The notes beneath the pieces are model-generated. The model ran no database searches and had not been told where the DNA came from. It saw only the letters and a program-made list of their open reading frames with translations. A stretch of 64,000 nucleotides of DNA from a virus (Duplodnaviria > Caudoviricetes). Below are positions 21,264 to 30,252 of the stretch, in pieces (the stretch's first letter is position 1; each line of letters opens with the position of its first letter). The DNA lies in IMG/VR virus record IMGVR_UViG_3300036845_000049, positions 1,816 to 65,815 of that record, one strand, 5' to 3'. The position numbers and the translations under genes were made by a program.

Positions 21264-21299
21264 GGTCCCGGCGTACACGGGAGTATTCACGCCGGGACC
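21264..21299 (-). terminator. Hairpin downstream of capsid gene (terminator/attenuator)
   Basis: 11-bp stem ggtcccggcgt / acgccgggacc; weak U-tract on minus strand. Confidence 0.55.
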
Positions 21300-21334
21300 T
21301 AGCAGACGCTACACGCAACGACAACAGGCAGGCG

Positions 21335-22330
21335 TTACGTGCCAGCGACCTGCGTAACAATGGCTTGCGCCAGCGCTTTGCCGTCCAACACCTGACGGCC
21401 ATAGACTTGCAGACCGCGCAGGATTTGACCGAACGTCCGCTCGGAACGGATCGTTTCGACATTCGTAAGCTGCGAGGCGAACGTCAAACCGTGCGCGTGA
21501 CCAGCATAGATCACCCACTCGCCCGCCGCCAGCCCAGCCGCAACGCCGCTCGGAAGCAAGTTGGAGGCGTAGACCGTGAACCGGTCGATCTGCCCGAACT
21601 TGCCATTGCGCAGAATGCTCACGCTGTCGCCAGACACGAACACTTCACGCAGTTCCGAACGCTTGATCTGGAACGTCGCCCATGTGGGCATAACGACCCA
21701 ACGCCCCGTCTCGGGGATGTTCTGCTCGTCAAGCGCCTGACCCAACCTTAAGAGTATGTCGATGATTTCGACTTGTCCGGTGGTTGGATTGCGGCCCACC
21801 GACGCAAGGGGAGTGCCGGTCACACCGAGATTGATGTTGGCGGAAACCGCGCCAGCGGCGAGGCCACGATTGAGAGCGTTCGCCTGATTGAGGATGTAGA
21901 GCAGTACGTCCGTATCGACAACGATCTTCATCTGCTCGGATGCGTCATCCGACCATAGGCTCATATTGTTAATGTCGGACTGCTTCTCGATCACGTCATC
22001 AATGATCGCGGCGAAGTATTTGCCTTGGTCGATAGTCAACTCAACGCTGCTACCGGCTGGCCTTTGGAGCGCCAAGTCACCGTTGACGAGGTAATTATTG
22101 ATGATCAGCGTCGGCTTCGTGCGAATTTTCACACGGTCGCCGTAGCTCTTGATTTCGCCCTCGTAGTCCGTGTTACTGATCGCGGCTAGGACGGTCGCCG
22201 CATAGAACTTTTCGATCAGCTTCCCCGACCAGATTTCTGGAATAAAACCGGCGGCGACGTAATCAGTAGACGTACTACCGGGCGGGTAAATTGGAGGGGT
22301 TGTACCAGAGCCAGCTAGACCCAGTGCCAT
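21335..22330 (-). CDS. Major capsid protein (P22 coat-like family)
   Basis: FIPEIWSGKL..NTDYEGEIK..GD.VKI, LTIDQ.KYF and RGLQVYG motifs; strong RBS AGGAG. Confidence 0.9.
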   Translation of the reverse strand: MALGLAGSGTTPPIYPPGSTSTDYVAAGFIPEIWSGKLIEKFYAATVLAAISNTDYEGEIKSYGDRVKIRTKPTLIINNYLVNGDLALQRPAGSSVELTIDQGKYFAAIIDDVIEKQSDINNMSLWSDDASEQMKIVVDTDVLLYILNQANALNRGLAAGAVSANINLGVTGTPLASVGRNPTTGQVEIIDILLRLGQALDEQNIPETGRWVVMPTWATFQIKRSELREVFVSGDSVSILRNGKFGQIDRFTVYASNLLPSGVAAGLAAGEWVIYAGHAHGLTFASQLTNVETIRSERTFGQILRGLQVYGRQVLDGKALAQAIVTQVAGT

Positions 22331-22477
22331 GATATTCTCCTATCGTTAGACCTGTGTTACTACCTTTCTTTATGGCCCAACGAGCGGATTTATCGGCTCG
22401 GCTTCGCTCTCTCAGTTGCCGGGGTGTTAATGCCGGGGGACTGAGAGCCAGAAATTTAAATTGCCTAACAAATAATT

Positions 22478-23680
22478 TTATCGAATACGCCCTTCGTTAC
22501 CAGCGTCGAAGATTTGCCTTTCGATAGCAGCCGCTTCGTCCTCTCGGCCTGCGTACTTGCCTTGGGTCTTGTCTGTGTAGAACTGCTTAATTTCCGATCT
22601 GTAGACAATGCCCTTATCCGGGGGAGCTTGAGTTTGACCACTTTTCGCCCTGCCGGGGGCAGCGAGCGCCATCAAGTCGAATTGCTGCGGGGACGGCGGC
22701 GGGTTACCCTGAGAGTAACCGGCTCCGTTGCCTGCGCCATTGGGCTGGCTGGGGGCTGCGCCTACGGCTTGTAGAAACGTATTAAAGATATCGATAACCT
22801 GTCCCGCTTGGTTCGAGTTGTGAGCGCCATTCAGAAACTCACGCCGCGTCCGATGCGAGATGGGGTCGATCTGATCAAGCCACTGTCCAAATTGCGGACT
22901 GTCGTTAATCGCACTCCACTGCGGCACTGCTCGCGCCAGATCGTCATACATTTTAACGCGAGCGTCAAAGACAACGGTATTTTGCACACCGCCGACCTGA
23001 CGCTTAACTTGCGCCAATTCACCAGCCAATTGCTGCAAAAACGGCTCGTAAACTTCAGCGGCGCGACGCCCCATCACGTCCATAAGCTCAGCGCCGTACT
23101 CAGTTACCTCGGTCGGTTTGACAAAGCGACCGGGGGGTGGGGGTGCGACGTTAAATCGCAACCCCGACCCCTCGCCCTGCGGCGCGGCGGGAGGGGGGCT
23201 CCCCACCTGCGCTAGCAGCCTTTGTTGGTCGAGCAACGTCTGTTGCAGACGACGCGTGTTCTCTTGATCACGGTCATAACGACCTTTAAGTGACTTGAAC
23301 TGATGCTCCCAATCCGCTTCGTTCTGCGGTTGGGGAGGTTGGGGAGCCGCTGGCGGCTGGGGCGGTGTGAACGTGCGCGACTGTACACGCGTGTCGCTCG
23401 GATCGCCAACCGGATCAAACTCGGGCGGGCGCGGATTGTTCGGATCAAAGTTGGCGGTAATCACGCCGGGGTTAGGACGAGCCGCAGGCACAACCGGCCT
23501 AACCAGTTCGTTGCCGCCAGCCGCTTCATTGGCGGCCTTCGCCTGCTTGGCTTGCTCAATAAGGGCATTGGCGCGATCTGCCTGCGCCTTCACACCGGAG
23601 GGGACCGGCACAGAAGGATCAGGCGCACCACGCTTGGTTGCACCGCCAACTGCGTTATGTCCTTGGACTGTGGTGTTCAT
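22478..23680 (-). CDS. Capsid scaffolding protein
   Basis: Coiled-coil, WEHQFKSLKGRY, C-terminal IE.QIF.A..EGRIR; directly upstream of capsid gene. Confidence 0.7.
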   Translation of the reverse strand: MNTTVQGHNAVGGATKRGAPDPSVPVPSGVKAQADRANALIEQAKQAKAANEAAGGNELVRPVVPAARPNPGVITANFDPNNPRPPEFDPVGDPSDTRVQSRTFTPPQPPAAPQPPQPQNEADWEHQFKSLKGRYDRDQENTRRLQQTLLDQQRLLAQVGSPPPAAPQGEGSGLRFNVAPPPPGRFVKPTEVTEYGAELMDVMGRRAAEVYEPFLQQLAGELAQVKRQVGGVQNTVVFDARVKMYDDLARAVPQWSAINDSPQFGQWLDQIDPISHRTRREFLNGAHNSNQAGQVIDIFNTFLQAVGAAPSQPNGAGNGAGYSQGNPPPSPQQFDLMALAAPGRAKSGQTQAPPDKGIVYRSEIKQFYTDKTQGKYAGREDEAAAIERQIFDAGNEGRIR

Positions 23681-23916
23681 TTACGATACTTATCCATCGT
23701 CTTTTCGATATCGATACAGTCGTCTCGTAGCTCTTTCATCCTACGCCCGAACCCGATGGCGATGGGCGCATGTTCTACTGAGGCAGTCGTAATCCTCTCC
23801 AACTCATCCGCCGTATACACCTTGAACGCTTCAACATATGTCGCCCACACACTCGGGTCACTCTTGCTCAAGGCATACAGCGCCTTGAGATATTCGTCGC
23901 GCGCCTCACTAGCCAT
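23677..23916 (-). CDS. Hypothetical protein
   Basis: 79 aa, overlaps the scaffold start. Confidence 0.65.
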   Translation of the reverse strand: MASEARDEYLKALYALSKSDPSVWATYVEAFKVYTADELERITTASVEHAPIAIGFGRRMKELRDDCIDIEKTMDKYRK

Positions 23917-23930
23917 ACTTACCCAGTGGG

Positions 23931-24209
23931 TTAGAGAACTCTATTCGGCTTACTCACGTTGGCGAACGGTGGCCCACTGTTGACGATATCATCGATCAGG
24001 TCGCCGGTGGACGCTTTACCCTTGTCCTCTTTGCAGTAGTTGTTGGAGAGCAACCGGCCAAGCCCCTGCCCGACAACTTCCTCGGGGGCGTGATCCCATA
24101 TCCCTTCAAGCTCGGCCCGCTTGTTACAGGGACCGAACGTGCGGATAGTGCCCGCGTCAGTATCGCCAAACGACTTCGAGTCTTTCTTGCGCTCAGATGG
24201 CTTATCCAT
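23931..24209 (-). CDS. Hypothetical protein
   Basis: 92 aa, in operon. Confidence 0.55.
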   Translation of the reverse strand: MDKPSERKKDSKSFGDTDAGTIRTFGPCNKRAELEGIWDHAPEEVVGQGLGRLLSNNYCKEDKGKASTGDLIDDIVNSGPPFANVSKPNRVL

Positions 24210-24378
24210 CGACAGTCTCCCAATCGTCCGCCAGCAAGTCCTCGTAGGTTAAATCAAGATCATCAGTATCTTTTGTTTCCTCATGATCAATAAATCGATC
24301 CTTATCCTCCCACCCAGCACGGGCAATCCTGTCGCCACTGCGAAGTCGCTTGACTGCTTGTCCAATATCCATGGTCAT
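24202..24378 (-). CDS. DUF2829/Tad2-like small protein
   Basis: M.IGQAVKRL..G.RIARAGW..K...EDLLADDWETV matches the DUF2829 end motifs; central part is short. Confidence 0.6.
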   Translation of the reverse strand: MTMDIGQAVKRLRSGDRIARAGWEDKDRFIDHEETKDTDDLDLTYEDLLADDWETVDG

Positions 24379-24409
24379 CCACTTTACGTTGCGCCCACTT
24401 ACGATCATT

Positions 24410-24444
24410 TCGCATGTGCGTGTACGCAAACATGCGACACGCAA
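24410..24444. repeat. 35-bp repeat copy 1
   Basis: tcgcatgtgcgtgtacgcaaacatgcgacacgcaa. Confidence 0.9.
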
Positions 24445-24449
24445 TAACC

Positions 24450-24692
24450 TTAGGGAACTAATGCTACAAGTACGTTAAGAGCGCTTGTAAAGCCACCATA
24501 ATCAAGCGACGTTAGACGGGGTAGCGCCTCGACCATCCGAATGTTGTTTATCCATACCAAGCAATGCTGATCACCCTGCGATGCGCTCTGGCTTGGCAAA
24601 GAGGCGGTGGGTATGGCTAAAGCTGCGCCAACCGCCCGTATCACAGAAATGCGCTCGTTATCACCGATATTTTGGTACAGAGGCATTGGCAT
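24450..24692 (-). CDS. Hypothetical protein
   Basis: 80 aa ORF in late operon. Confidence 0.55.
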   Translation of the reverse strand: MPMPLYQNIGDNERISVIRAVGAALAIPTASLPSQSASQGDQHCLVWINNIRMVEALPRLTSLDYGGFTSALNVLVALVP

Positions 24693-24782
24693 CGTAGTTA
24701 CCCCGAGGGTAAAAGAACAAACCGGGATCAGACAGTGCCCGAACTAGGAACTTCTAGATACAAGCACAAAATCGACCCACTG

Positions 24783-25022
24783 TCAACCGGATTGTGTCTC
24801 TTTTCCAGAAACACCGGGCACTTTCTTTCCCGCCGATCCCTTGCCAAACATATGGCCTGATCCACCTTTGGCGAATTTTTCGCTGCCACCGGGGGGTGAG
24901 TTTGACTCTTTGCCCGACACGCCGTCCGCTGCTTTGCCTGCGGTGCCCTTACCGAACATCTTGCCGGTGCCACCTTTGGCGAAGAACCCCGGCTTGTCGC
25001 CACTGCTGATCACTTTACCCAT
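24783..25022 (-). CDS. Small basic Gly/Lys-rich protein with tandem repeat
   Basis: FAKGG.G.MFGKG.AGK...GVSGKE twice; RBS GGAGG. Confidence 0.75.
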   Translation of the reverse strand: MGKVISSGDKPGFFAKGGTGKMFGKGTAGKAADGVSGKESNSPPGGSEKFAKGGSGHMFGKGSAGKKVPGVSGKETQSG

Positions 25023-25052
25023 GATGATACCTCCATTTACCCATAGGGTTGC

Positions 25053-25565
25053 TTACCTACCCTTATGGACCGTGCCCTTATGACGCGCCTTCACGTCGCC
25101 GCCCACAGCGCCTCCCTTAGCATAACCGGATCGGAGACCCGTATCTGGTGGCGGTGATGGCGGCGGGGAACTTTTGAGCGCCGTGTCCGGCGGTGCGTCA
25201 GGCGGTGACTGGCGCTTGAGGCCCGCATCCGTTACATCGGGCGGTGGCCCACGCTTAAGGCCAGCATCGGTAGGTCCACCTTTTGCGAACCCGCCTGACC
25301 CACCCATGCCACCGGGAGGCGGTGGGGGCGGACCTGCGCCTGCACCCCCACCGGGCATGGGCGGCGGTGCGCCTGCACCGATACCGGGAGGCCGTACGTT
25401 TGCCACCTTGGGGGCCATTGGCGGCGCACCCATATGAGCGGCGGGCGAGCCGGGTCCTGCACCCAATCCACTGCCCGCCATAGCGGTAGGGGGACGCCCT
25501 GCTTTAATGCCCGCGCCGCCCATCTTCTTACTGCCGGGACCAGCCATCGCTCGGTTGCGAGCCAT
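25053..25565 (-). CDS. Pro/Gly-rich basic protein with DxGLK repeats and AKGG motifs
   Basis: RBS GGAGG; FAKGG and YAKGG; four D.(G/A)L(K/R) repeats. Confidence 0.7.
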   Translation of the reverse strand: MARNRAMAGPGSKKMGGAGIKAGRPPTAMAGSGLGAGPGSPAAHMGAPPMAPKVANVRPPGIGAGAPPPMPGGGAGAGPPPPPPGGMGGSGGFAKGGPTDAGLKRGPPPDVTDAGLKRQSPPDAPPDTALKSSPPPSPPPDTGLRSGYAKGGAVGGDVKARHKGTVHKGR

Positions 25566-26031
25566 TGCCCGCCTCCCTGTTATCTAGTAGCTCCTGCTGG
25601 GGGTTGTCCCCCAACTCGATACGTCTTACCGGCACGGAGCTACGAATGTGCCGTGTCTCCTGCCACGAAGCGGGTACGCCGGTAAACGTACGATATACCC
25701 ACATATCGATATCATCAAACATGTAGTATCGTTCACCCCGGCTCTTGTCGGGCGGTTCTTTGAATGAATTGCCGCCGAAGATCGTCCACTTCGGCCCACT
25801 CTCGTCGCGGCTGAACGCTTCCAGCACGTCAGCACGTAATGCTTTGCCCCAACGTCTTTGCATGTAAATGATCGCGTCGTCTACATGAATGTATCCGGCA
25901 GGGATGTTCGGGTCCCACTTGGCGATCAGCGGCTTACGCGCTTGTGCATCGGCGCGACGCTCTTGGTCCCGTTCTTTACTCTGCGGGTAAAGCCCCCGAT
26001 CAGTTTTATCAATAAAATCTTTCACGTTCAA
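25528..26031 (-). CDS. HTH/excisionase (AlpA/MerR)-like DNA-binding protein
   Basis: L......GPKW..FG...RYY.FDDID.WV pattern. Confidence 0.5.
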   Translation of the reverse strand: MNVKDFIDKTDRGLYPQSKERDQERRADAQARKPLIAKWDPNIPAGYIHVDDAIIYMQRRWGKALRADVLEAFSRDESGPKWTIFGGNSFKEPPDKSRGERYYMFDDIDMWVYRTFTGVPASWQETRHIRSSVPVRRIELGDNPQQELLDNREAGNGSQPSDGWSRQ

Positions 26032-28610
26032 TGGGTCGGCCCTCCCTGATTAACCAAGTTCGCTCGCGGCTGTCCCGGCTGGGGCGCGGGCGTGGGCGGT
26101 GCGCCCCCCTGCGCCACCTGTGCGGGTCCGGGTGCGCCTACGTTGGGTGGTGCTTGTGGGGGTCCACCCTGACCGGGAGGCACCGGAGGGCCGCCCATGG
26201 GCGCATGCCCCGGCTGGCCTTGTGACGCCGCCATCGCCGCCGCTTGCTGTTGTTGCTTTTCAAGATCGGCTTCGCTCGGGACGATGTTCTCGCCCGGTAG
26301 ACCAATCTCGGTGGCGACGCTACGAAGAACTTGCGCCCGACCTTTCGGCCCAATGATCCCCATATCAATCGGATTAGCAGTAAGTTGCAGGAACTCCAAT
26401 TGTCTTGCACGTTGCGTTTCGCGCTGTTGCGCCACCTGCACGCCCAGCACACGAACTTTTTCTTCCCCAGTCAAAAGCCCTGTTTGATCTGTCAACATCA
26501 CCATATCGAGCAGCGCATTGATGACCGGCTCGATCACGTCGATATCAATGTTCGACGCTACAGTCTGTAGGATTTTGGAACTGTTCTGCATCAACATGGA
26601 AAGGCCGCTGGCCGTACGGCCAAGGCCCCCACTAGGAGGACTACCAGTCATGAACTTCGGTATGGCGCTGGCTTCATCCGCCATCGCGGAGAACGCCTGA
26701 TACACCGCCAGCATCTCGCTCGCGTTGCTGGATGGGGAGAAGAACTCGACCGCCTTCTCGGTGTTGTTCCCAAATGGATCGCTCTTAACGTGCCAGCGCT
26801 TCCATGGGTACATGTCCTCGCCGTTCTCGCCGTCGCCTAGTCGGTCATCATTGACGACGACCTGCGGGCCAGAACTAATCGAGAGGTTATTAACCAGAGC
26901 GCGCAGCGTAGCATTAGCCACCGAAGAAACGTCTGCGAGTAGATCAGGCAAGCCGTTTCCAGCCGGAGTGCCGGGAACCTTCTCGAAACTAGTGATGTAA
27001 TATTGATGGCGTTTGCGGGGCGAGGGAATGAGTTGTACCTTAATGATATGACGGCCAATAAGCCAAGCATTGCAAAAGTAATCCCTGAGCGGGTCCGGTA
27101 TCTCAGTGGGGTCCATCCCCAAGTCTAGAAGGAACCGACCCTGTGCGTTCCCCTGAAACTCCAAACAGGCTATAAGGCCACTCTGATTAAAACGCGGGTC
27201 CTCGCGTCCTTCAAGGATACTACGCTCGCTGTCGGTTTGGTCCCAGTTGTCAACCAGACCGCCTCGACCATATTCGTCCAATACGGCTCGGACTTCCTCA
27301 CTAATAAATCCCGGTAAATCCAAGAGTGTGTTAATTTCAGAGCGTGTAAGACGACTACGCTGGATAATGTTTGCATCTTCGATCTGCGCTACGCCGGGGG
27401 TCCAGTAAATATCGAATGGGCTAACGCGCTCCCAGCATAGCACCGGCACGTCTTGCACAGTCGGTTTAGCTAATTGCGCTTGCGGATTTGCGGCTCCTTG
27501 CATGGGAGAGTTGCTTAATCCGCCTTGGGCGGGCGTTTGTTTTGGAGCAGGAGGCGCAATGCCAGAACTTACCCCCGGAGTAAGTTGGGAGTCGGGCATT
27601 GGCAAGTCAGTGGACGGATTGCCGGGTAAGGCCGACGCAGGGGAGTTGCTGTTCGCCGGGAACGGCGATACATCCTTTGTCCACTTGACTTGGGTCTTGA
27701 TCCGAACCGTAGGCCCCTTCATACAGGCGTACGGGAACATCGGTAGATCGACTAGAAACTCAGCGAGGGCGGTATAGAACCCGCCCATCGCCAGCAGTTC
27801 TTCAAGCTTGTCCTGCGCCACCTTGCATTGATCGTTGGCCTTCCGCTTCGCCTCATCGCGGGCGTCACTCATCATCAGGTCATACACGTCCCTGACCTGA
27901 TTAGGGTCAGGTAATGGCGGTGGGGGTGGAGGTGGGACCATGCCAGCCCCCACACCCGGAGGCGGTGCCGCGCCGGGAGGTATTGCACCGGTATGCATGC
28001 CTTGCGACGGCCCGGACGCTGAGGGTATTGCTTGATCTGTAAACGCTGGGGATACCCCAGCACGAGCACCCGCCGCTTGCGCTGCTGCTGTGCCAATCTG
28101 GTGAGCGACATTTGCTGATGCTGCCTGAAAGTGCGCTTGTATCTGAGATGTGACCGTCTCGCCGATATGCTGGGCGATGGCTTGCACAACTTCGTCGGGA
28201 ACGTCGGGGTCGCTCGACGGCTCAAGCCCCCACGGCTTGTCTGTACCTAGATAAACATCACGAAGGAGCGCCGAGGTGCCCCGACACTTCATCGCGATAA
28301 TGCGAGCGTAGACGTTGCTACCGCCGAACTTCTTAATCTCTTGAATAACGTTCGTGTCGTAGATGCCATTAAACGCTCGCAAGCTTGCGAGCAGTCTATC
28401 GCTCCACCCGCGACCGACAGTATCTCTATGGCGTCGCATGAGAGAGTATTGATCGGTAATGAACCCAGCTAGGCCGACCGGCGCGAGCAGGGCGCTATCA
28501 GGAGGACGCTGGTAAGCCTGCGCCCGCGTGGCGTCCATCACCTGCTGCTGTGCAGCCGTGTCGTCGCGTCCAACGACGCGTAGGGCCGGTGCATTCGGTA
28601 GCGCCGCCAT
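26028..28610 (-). CDS. Portal protein
   Basis: Probable start MAALPN at 28610; ERVSPFDIYW, G.GLPDLL.D, N...SSGPQV, RTASGLSMLM motifs; Pro-rich insertions. Confidence 0.85.
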   Translation of the reverse strand: MAALPNAPALRVVGRDDTAAQQQVMDATRAQAYQRPPDSALLAPVGLAGFITDQYSLMRRHRDTVGRGWSDRLLASLRAFNGIYDTNVIQEIKKFGGSNVYARIIAMKCRGTSALLRDVYLGTDKPWGLEPSSDPDVPDEVVQAIAQHIGETVTSQIQAHFQAASANVAHQIGTAAAQAAGARAGVSPAFTDQAIPSASGPSQGMHTGAIPPGAAPPPGVGAGMVPPPPPPPLPDPNQVRDVYDLMMSDARDEAKRKANDQCKVAQDKLEELLAMGGFYTALAEFLVDLPMFPYACMKGPTVRIKTQVKWTKDVSPFPANSNSPASALPGNPSTDLPMPDSQLTPGVSSGIAPPAPKQTPAQGGLSNSPMQGAANPQAQLAKPTVQDVPVLCWERVSPFDIYWTPGVAQIEDANIIQRSRLTRSEINTLLDLPGFISEEVRAVLDEYGRGGLVDNWDQTDSERSILEGREDPRFNQSGLIACLEFQGNAQGRFLLDLGMDPTEIPDPLRDYFCNAWLIGRHIIKVQLIPSPRKRHQYYITSFEKVPGTPAGNGLPDLLADVSSVANATLRALVNNLSISSGPQVVVNDDRLGDGENGEDMYPWKRWHVKSDPFGNNTEKAVEFFSPSSNASEMLAVYQAFSAMADEASAIPKFMTGSPPSGGLGRTASGLSMLMQNSSKILQTVASNIDIDVIEPVINALLDMVMLTDQTGLLTGEEKVRVLGVQVAQQRETQRARQLEFLQLTANPIDMGIIGPKGRAQVLRSVATEIGLPGENIVPSEADLEKQQQQAAAMAASQGQPGHAPMGGPPVPPGQGGPPQAPPNVGAPGPAQVAQGGAPPTPAPQPGQPRANLVNQGGPTH

Positions 28611-28635
28611 CCCCGCCTTACCCTCAGGGTAACTA

Positions 28636-28670
28636 TTGCATGTGCGTGTTCGCAAACATGCAACACGCAA
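28636..28670. repeat. 35-bp repeat copy 2
   Basis: ttgcatgtgcgtgttcgcaaacatgcaacacgcaa. Confidence 0.9.
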
Positions 28671-28677
28671 TTTATGC

Positions 28678-28737
28678 TTGACTTATGCCCAAATTTATGC
28701 CAACATTCCCTTTACCACAGAAATACCGGCTTGTCAA
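28678..28737. promoter_or_regulatory. Face-to-face sigma70-like promoters (towards the 28759 gene and towards portal)
   Basis: Plus: TTGACT-N17-CAACAT (28678-28706); minus: TTGACA-N17-TAAAGG (28737-28709). Confidence 0.55.
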
Positions 28738-28758
28738 GAGGGTTAGGAAAATATTTTT

Positions 28759-29289
28759 ATGACCCCCATTTCTACGGCGTTGCTCACAAAAGACGACGAA
28801 AAACGGCTCCGCGATCTGGCTGCTGGCCTGATCCGAGGCATAGAAGAACCCGAAACGGTCATGAGCCGCTGCGGGTTCAGCCCCGGCGATTACACGGAAC
28901 TGAGCGAGACCCGCATGTTCCGGCAGATGCTCAGCGAAGCGCAGGAAGAATGGGAGGGCGCGCGCAACACGCACAAGCGCATCAAGCTGAAGGCCGCCGT
29001 CAACGTCGAGGAAGCGCTGCCCCATTTCTACAAGGCGATGATCAGCGAGAAGGAGCCGCTTAGCTCCAAGGTCAAGGCGTTGGAGGTCGTCGCCCGGATC
29101 GGCGGGCTTGGCAACCCGGAGCCAGTCGTGGCGAGCAACGGTCAGTTCTTCAAGCTGGAAATTAACCTAGGCGGGGGCGTCGCCCCTATCGTGGCGGCGA
29201 TTGGGGTGGAGAATGTGACCATCGAGCATGAAGCACAAGTTTTTAATCAAAGCCGACTGTTCGACGCGTTGCCACTTGAGGATTTGTAA
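28759..29289 (+). CDS. Putative terminase small subunit (opposite strand)
   Basis: 176 aa helical protein with N-terminal HTH-like part and C-terminal F.LEINLG strand; lies between terminase and portal. Confidence 0.5.
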   Translation: MTPISTALLTKDDEKRLRDLAAGLIRGIEEPETVMSRCGFSPGDYTELSETRMFRQMLSEAQEEWEGARNTHKRIKLKAAVNVEEALPHFYKAMISEKEPLSSKVKALEVVARIGGLGNPEPVVASNGQFFKLEINLGGGVAPIVAAIGVENVTIEHEAQVFNQSRLFDALPLEDL

Positions 29290-29461
29290 TTAAGTCGCCG
29301 TCGCACACGACGAGCGCCAGCCACTCATCATCGGCTATCTTAGCGACACACGTTACGGCAAGGGAGATATCCTCGGTTTCCTCCTTGTCAACGTCGAACA
29401 TGTTTGTCACTGGCCATATCCCGCCTTCGTACTTTACGTACACGATCTTTGTGCCAGCCAT
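29243..29461 (-). CDS. Hypothetical protein
   Basis: MAGTKIVYVKY start after GGAG; PVTNMFD..EET.D...AV.CVA motif. Confidence 0.55.
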   Translation of the reverse strand: MAGTKIVYVKYEGGIWPVTNMFDVDKEETEDISLAVTCVAKIADDEWLALVVCDGDLITNPQVATRRTVGFD

Positions 29462-29566
29462 CCAGATGCTCCTTCCAACGCATCGCGGGGTCGTATCGGG
29501 GTGGCAGGAGAACGCACACCACCGCAATTACCCCGAGGGTAAGTCCGAACCAATCCATTTTTTCTC

Positions 29567-29839
29567 CTACGCGTTTAGCGTGTTCGCTTGCGACGAAGTG
29601 TACGCCTCGCCAACAGGCGAGGCTTTGACGCGCACGCTTGAAGTAAGTTTGGGGGGAGCCTGCCGTTCTCCCCCCATTCCGTCCAGCCTGCTAACGGCAG
29701 GTTGAGGCTGGGCTACCACACCCGGCTCTCTCTTGCGTGTCGCATGTTTGCGAACACGCACATGCGAGAAAGCGGGGGGATTACTCATCTGGTTTAGGTT
29801 TATGTTTGTGCTTTCGTTTATGGTGAGTTGCTGGTTCAT
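29567..29839 (-). CDS. Hypothetical protein
   Basis: RBS GGAGG; contains repeat copy 3. Confidence 0.45.
   Translation of the reverse strand: MNQQLTINESTNINLNQMSNPPAFSHVRVRKHATRKREPGVVAQPQPAVSRLDGMGGERQAPPKLTSSVRVKASPVGEAYTSSQANTLNA
29733..29767. repeat. 35-bp repeat copy 3 (inverted relative to copies 1 and 2)
   Basis: ttgcgtgtcgcatgtttgcgaacacgcacatgcga is the reverse complement of the consensus. Confidence 0.9.
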
Positions 29840-30008
29840 CTGTAACCTCCGGGCTATCCCTGAACAAGTTCGCCGGGTAGCCTTGGTTTATGGTTGAGTT
29901 CGCTGGGCACTCCACGTCCTGCGTCGTCGGCGTGTTGACCGTATGGCAGGCGAACGGTTGCCCGCCACATATCCACAAGGTTGTGACCGCCGTGCACATT
30001 ACACTCAT
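29781..30008 (-). CDS. Hypothetical Cys-containing protein
   Basis: 75 aa ORF starting next to a palindrome copy. Confidence 0.45.
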   Translation of the reverse strand: MSVMCTAVTTLWICGGQPFACHTVNTPTTQDVECPANSTINQGYPANLFRDSPEVTDEPATHHKRKHKHKPKPDE

Positions 30009-30027
30009 AAGTTACTCACTGGGTAAC

Positions 30028-30252
30028 TCAAACAAGCGTGTCAATACGTCGTATGATTTCGTCCTCACCCAAGCACAGCCACGCCGGATCGTTGAATGCA
30101 TGCACGGCGAACGCCGCCTTGGCATGATCCAGCGGCCCGGTAGGGCCAGCGTAATTAGCGTTCTGCGCCTCACGCTTGCAGATCGGCCACAAGATATTGA
30201 GGTCGATCCTACGCTGGTAAGCGCGCCACCAGTTGAGCGGGTTCAGGTCCAT
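30028..30252 (-). CDS. Hypothetical protein
   Basis: 74 aa, overlaps the terminase stop. Confidence 0.6.
   Translation of the reverse strand: MDLNPLNWWRAYQRRIDLNILWPICKREAQNANYAGPTGPLDHAKAAFAVHAFNDPAWLCLGEDEIIRRIDTLV

Noticed and set aside
28611-28670. Shared N-terminus MRVACLRTRTC on the portal and 24202-24444 ORFs as a leader peptide
   Set aside because: Artefact of ORF extension to a TTG within the 35-bp repeat; better starts lie downstream
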